Below are positions 55,259 through 64,000 of a stretch of 64,000 nucleotides of DNA, piece by piece. How positions within the stretch are numbered: the stretch's first letter is position 1; each line of letters starts with the position of its first letter. The stretch is from Eledone cirrhosa (lineage: Eukaryota): positions 108,624,001-108,688,000 of the forward strand of contig OZ024742.1 of the NCBI GenBank assembly GCA_964016885.1. Reading direction: 5' to 3'. The notes below the pieces were generated by a model. The model saw nothing but the letters and a program-made list of their open reading frames with translations. It was not told the DNA's origin and made no database searches. A program made the position numbers and the translations under genes.

Positions 55259-55647
55259 AGGTTTACATATATATATATATAAATATATATACATATATAC
55301 ATATACGTGTTTTGCAACGGGTCACTTTGTGGCTCAATGAAAAGTTAATAAATTAAATAATCAGAGCTATATATCATAAAACATGTCAATAGAATCACCA
55401 GATAAAATATATACCATTTCCTCTCCCAATTAGCATAATTAACCATATAAAAAAATCGAATAGACCAGGCTATAAGAATAAGGCTTCTATGAAGAAATCT
55501 CCAACAAATAACCAAAACCAGCCCTTCGCGCCGGCTGCAACGGAATATTTATCGAATATTTCTACAGCGTAATCGCCTAGATATACAGTCAATTAAACAG
55601 AATTAGGTCTAAAATAAACTAGGAGAAAAGAGAATACATTTATTTAC

Positions 55648-55720
55648 CTCGACCATGGTTTCGACCGCATTTTAAGATTTCCGATAACTTCGGAACCTTG
55701 AGCACCGGACTCTTCAGGAG
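55648..55720 (-). ncRNA. Type I hammerhead ribozyme, unit 1
   Basis: ctc-CTGAAGA-gtccg..ttccga/tcggaa..cggtc-GAAAC-catg-GTC-gag. Confidence 0.82.
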
Positions 55721-56309
55721 TTTGCTCAAATCTAGACAATAAATTTTCCAAAGTGATCGCGCCAAGAATACATTGAAAAATGGCTAAGAATCGTGACGTA
55801 GCAGCGGTCAGGTTGGAAGGAGTGCGGTTAGTTGCTTACGGCTGGTGGCTTTTTGCTAGAAAGCGCAACACAATACAGCCAAATTTGTATCTCAACCTAA
55901 CGGGAGATTATTACATTTAAAGGTTTACATATATATATATATAAATATATATACATATATACATATACGTGTTTTGCAACGGGTCACTTTGTGGCTCAAT
56001 GAAAAGTTAATAAATTAAATAATCAGAGCTATATATCATAAAACATGTCAATAGAATCACCAGATAAAATATATACCATTTCCTCTCCCAATTAGCATAA
56101 TTAACCATATAAAAAAATCGAATAGACCAGGCTATAAGAATAAGGCTTCTATGAAGAAATCTCCAACAAATAACCAAAACCAGCCCTTCGCGCCGGCTGC
56201 AACGGAATATTTATCGAATATTTCTACAGCGTAATCGCCTAGATATACAGTCAATTAAACAGAATTAGGTCTAAAATAAACTAGGAGAAAAGAGAATACA
56301 TTTATTTAC

Positions 56310-56382
56310 CTCGACCATGGTTTCGACCGCATTTTAAGATTTCCGATAACTTCGGAACCTTGAGCACCGGACTCTTCAGGAG
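56310..56382 (-). ncRNA. Type I hammerhead ribozyme, unit 2
   Basis: Identical to 55648-55720. Confidence 0.82.
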
Positions 56383-57329
56383 TTTGCTCAAATCTAGACA
56401 ATAAATTTTCCAAAGTGATCGCGCCAAGAATACATTGAAAAATGGCTAAGAATCGTGACGTAGCAGCGGTCAGGTTGGAAGGAGTGCGGTTAGTTGCTTA
56501 CGGCTGGTGGCTTTTTGCTAGAAAGCGCAACACAATACAGCCAAATTTGTATCTCAACCTAACGGGAGATTATTACATTTAAAGGTTTACATATATATAT
56601 ATATACACATATATACATATACGTGTTTTGCAACGGGTCACTTTGTGGCTCAATGAAAAGTTAATAAATTAAATAATCAGAGCTATATATCATAAAACAT
56701 GTCAATAGAATCACCAGATAAAATATATACCATTTCCTCTCCCAATTAGCATAATTAACCATATAAAAATTCGAATAGACCAGGCTATAAGAATAAGGCT
56801 TCTATGAAGAAATCTCCAACAAATAACCAAAACCAGCCCTTCGCGCCGGCTGCAACGGAATATTTATCGAATATTTCTACAGCGTAATCGCCTAGATATA
56901 CAGTCAATTAAACAGAATTAGGTCTAAAATAAACTAGGAGAAAAGAGAATACATTTATTTTAGAATACATATATTTTATCTGTTTGAAGAACTTTGTAAC
57001 GCGAACTGGCGCGAAATTTATTATAATTATTGACCAACCAATCAAATTACTTCTCGAAAAACCTGGCATTTCGAGCCACTTTTTCCATATAAAACAAGTA
57101 ATATTCAAAGACCAACCAGATGTGAGAAAAACAACAGATCCTCCATCTCAACTCTACTTTTGAAAAGCAGAAGAACTGCGAAACCGGTAAAGGAACCAAA
57201 TAAATATATATATTTTTTTTTTAAATAAGAATCCAGTTGCATTTTCGATTTCATCTTTTTTTCTTTATACTTTCACTCGTGTAGGACACCTTGGTTATTT
57301 TTCATTTTGTAAAAAGAACCTCACTTTAT

Positions 57330-57364
<35 letters not shown>

Positions 57365-57512
57365 ATATATACATATACATACATATATATACATACATAC
57401 ATATACATATACATATATATATACATACATACATACATATACATATGAACATATATATATACATAAATATATATATATATACATACACAAATATATATAC
57501 ATATATATATAT

Positions 57513-58322
57513 ACGGAAAAAATGAAACGAAATTTCATTTCTCACTCTTAGTACGACTGTTACTTAAATATAAGTATGTATACGTACATACATATATGTA
57601 TACAGACGTACAGTAGTATGTATATATATATATACATACATGCACACATATATATATATGTACGTATGGATTCACCGAACATTTATTATAATGCTCGGTG
57701 TGTTTGTAAACAAACATCCCGAATTAAGCCGTACAGTGTCTAGCAACCATCGTTGCTCATTTGTTCAACCCTGACAAAGGGACGCTGTGCTAGTTTCAAG
57801 CTTATTAGCTATCGTCAGCAACGTATACCTTCCTGCCAGATGATTGAACGTCTGAAAGTATATACTTTCCTTATGCATATTAACGGCTGAGCAGCCCAAT
57901 TTGCATATCGAGTGAGTTAATCGGCCGGGGTACCGAAAACGATAAACGGAAAAACTGAAACGAAATTTCATTTCTCAACTCACTCGATATGCGAATTGGG
58001 CTGCTCAGCCGTTAATATGCATAAGGAAAGTATATACTTTCAGACGTTCAATTATCTGGCAGGAAGGTATACGTTGCTGACGATAGCTAATAAGCTTGAA
58101 ACTAGTACAGCGTTCCTTTGTCAGGCTTGAACAAATGAGCAACGATGGTTGCTAGACACTGTACGGCTTAATTCGGGATGCTTGTTTACAAACACACCGA
58201 GCATTATAATAAATGTTCGGTGAATCCATACGTACATATATATATGTGTGCATGTATGTATATATATATACATACTACTGTACGTCTGTATACATATATG
58301 TATGTACGTATACATACTTATA
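57513..58322. mobile_element. Large inverted pLTR pair (family also at ~45165-45380, 50690-51005, 60900-61370)
   Basis: ~57565-57918 is inverted versus 57976-58322; a hammerhead in each arm (the 57782-57824 minus copy has U16.1>C). Confidence 0.85.
58071..58113 (+). ncRNA. Minimal type I hammerhead ribozyme
   Basis: acgttg-CTGACGA-tagct-aata-agctt-GAAA-ctag-TA-cagcgt. Confidence 0.85.
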
Positions 58323-58341
58323 TATATATATATATATATAT

Positions 58342-58528
58342 AACGAAGGAAATGCGGTAAGGAACCAGATGGACCATAAGACACCAGAGTACTCAATACT
58401 TAGGGTAGTAGATTGGGTAATAGGAAGAAGTATGACCCCGACGGCAGAGCTCAAGCCGTCGTTTCCACGGCTATTTGAGCGGTCGAAACGGCTTGAGCTC
58501 TGCCGTCGGAGTCATACTTTTTCCTATA
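58342..58528 (-). mobile_element. About 185-bp fold-back pLTR element (second copy at 62208-62390)
   Basis: Inverted arms ataggaa..gccgtttc / gaaacggc..ttcctat; hammerhead 3' half GAAACggc..gccGTC; bulged hairpin; (TA)n flanks. Confidence 0.8.
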
Positions 58529-58556
58529 TATGTATATATATATGTACATATATTTG

Positions 58557-58623
<67 letters not shown>

Positions 58624-59090
58624 ATCAAAAGATGGTTAAAAGAGTTCCAAGTATTTTATTATGCGCATTTCAAAAACAAATATCATCATGGGATGCTATC
58701 TGCGTTCTCATCAGATAAAATAGGGAGACATGATATGAAGCTTAAAAAACACTTGTGAATAGTGAACTTTTAATTCAACATCATGATCTTATATTATTTA
58801 TACTCCAGTCCTACAAACTATAGAGTGCTACTTATCCGATATTTGCATTGCTTTATTGTGCTAAAACTCACCTCCTACATATATATATAATTGGAAATCA
58901 GTAAAATCGAATCTCTGGCGGTTTGCAAGTAAATTCAGCCTACTTATATGAAGTGATGAGTTAGCAAAGCACTCGATAAGGTAGGGCCTTAGAGTAATAA
59001 CATACGTTTAAATAGCTTGACAAATCGAACATTGTGGTAGGCCAAACCAACTCACAATATGTACCAAAGTAACGATAGAACTAATCAGGT

Positions 59091-59122
<32 letters not shown>

Positions 59123-59715
59123 TATATAATATAATGTATAATAAACAAATTTTACAGAACCTGCCTAAATGCAAAAACAGAAATTTTCACCAGTTGCCCA
59201 CACATGAAATCTCACTTGCTTTCCAGCTCATATAAACTTAACTCACTTTCAGATACTTATCCTCCATAAACTTTTGTTCTTCACTTTCCTTAAATTATCC
59301 TCTTTACAGACTTCTCTTTCTGATTTACTTTTATTTTTATTTTTACTTCACATCCACCAGTGACGCCCCCCCCCCCCCCCACCTGCTTTTTAATTCACTT
59401 ACCTAATAACTTCACAATTCCACACATTTTACTTCCCCTTTTTCTTTCACTACCTCTTATAATTTGTCACTTGCGTTTTCAACCCCAGATATATTCTTTT
59501 GTCTATCAGCCGCCCTTATGTATGTATAACTTGTACTCATTTATTCATACGGCTAGTTATTATATTGTATCTATGCGTGTGAGTGTGCATGTGTGTGTAT
59601 GCGTGTCTGTATGTGTATACGAACGCATTCGTATGTGCACGTGTGTGTGTGTATGTGTGTATATGTGTGTTTTTATATCTTTTTTTATATCTAGGTTTTT
59701 TACATACTTATATAT

Positions 59716-59778
<63 letters not shown>

Positions 59779-60631
59779 GGTGCATGTATGTGTATATGTA
59801 TGTATATATATATATATATATGTATGTGTTTGTATGTGTGTATATCTATATATATATAGTCGCGTACGTGCGTGTGATTAGATATACATGTGCCTATATA
59901 TATATATATATATGTGCTTCGTGTGTGTGTATGCGCGCCTCTGTATGTATGTACGCATGTATGTGCTTTTGTCTGTACGTATTTTTATATATATATTTTA
60001 TATATATATGTGTACGTACGAAGGTATGTTTGTTTTCTATTTTTTCTAGTGTTAATTTATAATTGATAACCCCTCCCTCTTACTTTATAATTGATAACCC
60101 CTTACTTTATAATTGATAAACCCTCCCTCTTACTTTCTCTTTGATTTAAAAATGTTTTTCATTCTCATATATTGTTTCATTTTTATACATGTATCAAGCC
60201 TCAGACTGACACTCCTTTGACTAATACACTCCCTTCTCTGTATATCATTCGCATATATCTGATCGCGCGAGTGTCTGCTTATACGCGTACTTTCATACGT
60301 GTATGTGTATATATTTCATTCCTTAATACCTGAATCTGGATGTATGTTAACTATATCTTTTTGTTACAATTTTTTTTCAACTTATATTATATACGTATTT
60401 GTGGTCATACGTACACTGATATGCTTGCCCTCATATATATACTGACGCACACATTTTCACTATACACATGCATTTGTACATACACACATATGTACATTTG
60501 TGAGTGAATATACACACATTTATACACATACCCTAACTATATTTCCTTATTTTTTTATATATCTATATTTTTGCCCGTTAAACTTTTGCCTTTCTTGAGG
60601 AGATTTTTCAAATATTTCACTATGTTTTAAA

Positions 60632-60705
60632 TTGCCTTCTCCGATGAACGAATGAGGACGTTTTTTGTATTCGTCTTATTCGGGAAACCTCTGGTAATGA
60701 GGTAA
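60632..60705 (+). ncRNA. Type I hammerhead-like motif (CCGATGA core variant) in a PLE pLTR
   Basis: ttgccttct-CCGATGA-acgaatgaggacg/cgtcttattcgg-GAAAcc-tct-gGTA-atgaggtaa; bulged hairpin near 60739. Confidence 0.65.
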
Positions 60706-60808
60706 TTATATTGTATTGTTTATTATACATTAAATTTAGCTCTGGTACTTACATAGAGCACTCTTCACTCCTATGACCTTTTCAATTTTCAATGGAAACT
60801 TCAATACT

Positions 60809-60901
<93 letters not shown>

Positions 60902-61168
60902 GGAATAGAATGAAACGAAATTTCATTTCTCACTCTTAGTACGGCAGTTACTTAAATGTAAGTATGTATGCATGTATACGTACATACATATATGTATACA
61001 GACGTACTAAGAGTGAGAATGAAATTTCATTTCATTCTGTTCCATTTGTCGTTTTCGGTGCGCCCGGCCGACTAAACTCACTCGATATGCAAATTAGGCT
61101 TTTCAGCCGTTAATATACATAAGGAAAGTATATACTTTCAGACGTTCAACCATCTGGCAGGAAGGTAT

Positions 61169-61211
61169 ACGATGCTGACGATAGCTAATAAGCTTGAAAC
61201 TAGTACATCGT
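61169..61211 (+). ncRNA. Minimal type I hammerhead ribozyme
   Basis: acgatg-CTGACGA-tagct/agctt-GAAA-ctag-TA-catcgt; compensatory stem I change versus 58071. Confidence 0.85.
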
Positions 61212-61417
61212 TCCTGTGTCAGTGTTGAACAAAAAGGTGACGTGGTTGCCTAAACACTGTACGGCGTAATTCGGGCTGTTTGTTTGTTTACAAACAAACA
61301 AACCGAGCATTATAATAAATGTTCGGTAAAACGATACGTGCATATATATATGTGTGTACATATATACATACTTATACTTACATTTATATATATATATACA
61401 TATATACATATATATAT

Positions 61418-62135
61418 ATTGTTATACTTTGGGAGGGTCATGTTGCCAATAAGAAACACACGCACCAGTTGCTTTCACTTCAATTTATTATATATTTATA
61501 AATTTATAAATTTACAAATCTACAAACTTATAAATTTCTGGTTGGTTGGTTGGTTGGTTCCACAACCAGATAGTTGTTTATATATAGTCATAGTCCTTTC
61601 GTCACACACTCTGTGACCTCTTCAGTGACTGGGGATTCCTTTCTTTGTTTCTGTGCCTTTCCTTTCTTCTGTCCTACGCCATTTTGTATCTGTGTGTGTT
61701 GTGTGCTCAGTTTGCGCATGCGCCACATCCGGGTGTCTGTGTGTGTTTGTGTTCATTTATCTATTTGTTTATTTATTTATTTATTTATTGTTGGTTGGTT
61801 GTTTGTTCTATGTGTGTGTGTGTTTTCATTTTGTCCTTAATTGTAAGTTGTGATGTTGCTGTTCCACTCATATTTTCTATTTAATTTTGGTTGTAATTCT
61901 TTTATGCTTACTGCCTCTGTAATTTGCCTAAACATTGCATCTTTTCTGTGTGTGGATTCTATTTTTATTTCTATGTTCTCTAATTTACCCCTATGTTCTA
62001 TGTTAGCATGTTGGTAGAGCACAGATGATTCTTTATTATCTTGAAGGTCTCGCAACATGACCCTCCCAAAGTATAACAATATCGGTTTCAACACACGATT
62101 TCAGATAAAGAATCTTGCTAAACAAATTCAGAAAC

Positions 62136-62137
<2 letters not shown>
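61418..62137 (-). mobile_element. Penelope-like 3' fragment with inverted 5' pLTR piece
   Basis: ESSVLYQHANIEH..FRQITEA..LNRKYEW; 62052-62082 is inverted versus 61418-61446. Confidence 0.85.
61586..61630 (-). ncRNA. Minimal type I hammerhead ribozyme
   Basis: agtca-CTGAAGA-ggtcaca/tgtgac-GAAA-ggac-TA-tgact. Confidence 0.78.
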
Positions 62138-62210
<73 letters not shown>

Positions 62211-62385
62211 GAAGGAAATGTGGTAAGGAACCAGATGGACCATAACGCACCAGAGTACTCAATACTTAGGGTAGTAGAGTGGGTAATAGGAAAACGTATG
62301 GCCCCGACGGCAGAGCTCAAGCCGTTTCAACGACTATTTCAGCCGTTGAAACGGCTTGGGCTCTGCCGTCGGGGTCATACTTTTT

Positions 62386-62490
<105 letters not shown>

Positions 62491-62624
62491 ATATATATAC
62501 GTATATGTGTGATTTTGTCGCTATTGCTTTATGAGTGTGGATGTGTGTGTGAATTCAATTTTGTTTTTTGTTTTAATTTCTGTCTTTATTGTGATATTTA
62601 CATTTTCTACTCTTGTCATATACT

Positions 62625-62810
62625 TGTTTCTACTTTTGGCACCAGGCCAGCAATTATCCCAGTGTATTACTGGTACTTTATTTTATCGACCCCGTAAGGA
62701 TGAAAGGCAAAGTTAACCTCGGCGGAATTTGAACTCAGATCATAAAGGGAGGTAACTCTATGCTTCAAAGCATGGCGCCCGACCCTTTACCAATACTGCC
62801 AATCCAACGC
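62625..62810 (-). mobile_element. tRNA-derived SINE with TSD
   Basis: Same family as 181-370; 15-bp TSD ctcttgtcatatact at 62610-62624 and 62811-62825. Confidence 0.88.
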
Positions 62811-62971
62811 CTCTTGTCATATACTGATATACAGATACACCTATATATACATACATTCACACATATATATATATACACACATATACATGCTTACTCACAT
62901 ACATGAAAAGAAAGATGTATGTTTCTGTAAATAATGTATATATGCATGAGAGACAGACAGACATAGATATA

Positions 62972-63295
62972 TTTCTTTATTTGCCACAAGGGCACAAGAA
63001 AATGGGACAAAACAAGGACACGTGCCGGGGATTTTACATACAATCGTGTAAAAATATTGACAAACAATTATAACAATCGAAATCCCCAATAGGGGGGAGG
63101 CGCCACAAATGGGTTGTTTAATACCCCGTAGATAGAACAACCCTCAACTTCAGGAGCGTGTTGTGCAAGTGCTCCTTTCTTCCTTTTGCTTTCTTCTTCA
63201 ACCTACTGGCTTATATACAGAGAAGGTCCAATCACTCGTGCCATTTTTGCCACATTCACCCACCTTTCAGTAAATTTACCACTCTGATTCTCCTT
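62972..63295 (-). mobile_element. Short 3' end of a Tx1-like element
   Basis: Encodes KFTERWVNVAKMARVIGPSL; 3'UTR blocks ccccaataggggggag and ccacaaggg are shared with unit B. Confidence 0.75.
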
Positions 63296-63303
63296 CTAAA
63301 GTG

Positions 63304-63304
63304 G

Positions 63305-63402
<98 letters not shown>
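63304..63402. repeat. (GATA)n microsatellite
   Basis: Direct inspection; abuts a Tx1 3' end. Confidence 0.95.
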
Positions 63403-63403
<1 letters not shown>

Positions 63404-64000
63404 CTTTCTTTTTATTTGTCACCAGGGCATCAAAATGTGGGACAAGTACAATGGGGGGAGTTTACATAAAAAGGCGTCCTCAATAAAGAGGAGGCAATAA
63501 CAAGATATGAAAATAAAATAAAATATAACAAAAATAAATTTAATAACAAAATCCTCAATAGGGAGGAGGCGCCTCGGAGGTCGCACACACCAACGAAAAA
63601 AAGTGTGCAACCCTTTTCCTGAGGAGCACAGAGAAGGGGTGCTCCCTTGATCTTTCATCTTCCTCACCTATAGTCTGATGTAGAGTGAAGGCCCATTCAC
63701 ACGGGCCATTCTCGCCACTTTCACCCATCTTTCATAAAAACAGCTGGGGTGCAGCACCTCTCTCTCCATCCTGATCCTTCTTCCGAAATGATATCGGAAG
63801 AAACGGACCAGTTGTTGGCCAGAGAGAAAGGTGTCTGACCTCAGTCCTTTCAGACGCGTCCACCATACAACCTCTTTCGCCATGGCTATTACGCACAGAA
63901 ACACCGCCTCTCCTTCGTTTTTGAAGAGGGGAGGCGGCTTGATCGTTACAATAGACTCGGTGGTCAACCGGATTGGTCCCACCCTTGACAGCAGTTGTTC
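63403..64000 (-). mobile_element. 3' end of a divergent Tx1-like element running off the window
   Basis: ORF2 C-terminus AMAKEVVWWTRLKGL..ERWVKVARMARVNGPSL, homologous to 9291..9572. Confidence 0.9.

Larger units (their letters stand above)
55256..56960 (-). repeat. Tandem of about 2.6 copies of a 662-bp hammerhead-containing unit
   Basis: Near-identical units with period 662 (55648 vs 56310); no long ORF. Confidence 0.92.

Noticed and set aside
58890-59300. Possible decayed GIY-YIG coding remnant upstream of the 60632 hammerhead
   Set aside because: Too degenerate to read catalytic motifs by eye.

Overview
AT-rich eukaryotic repeat DNA with no supportable host gene. The very high (TA)n density and the tRNA-derived SINE family suggest an octopod cephalopod (inference). 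Contents: a head-to-tail Tx1-like (L1 clade) non-LTR array at (AAT)n (8.3-18.3 kb); fragments of R4/Dong-like, CR1-like and RTE LINEs, two RTE copies carrying 5' inversions; SINEs with target-site duplications; a non-autonomous Helitron; MITEs. The main hidden signal is about ten divergent Penelope-like (PLE) or retrozyme-like families embedded in (TA)n tracts. Read by eye, they carry more than 15 type I hammerhead ribozyme motifs (CUGANGA...GAAA...UH) with compensatory changes between copies. Most also share a 2-nt-bulged 3' hairpin, and they recur as fold-back palindromes and ORF-less tandem units of 315, 512 and 662 bp. Folds were inferred by eye and coordinates may be off by a few bases.
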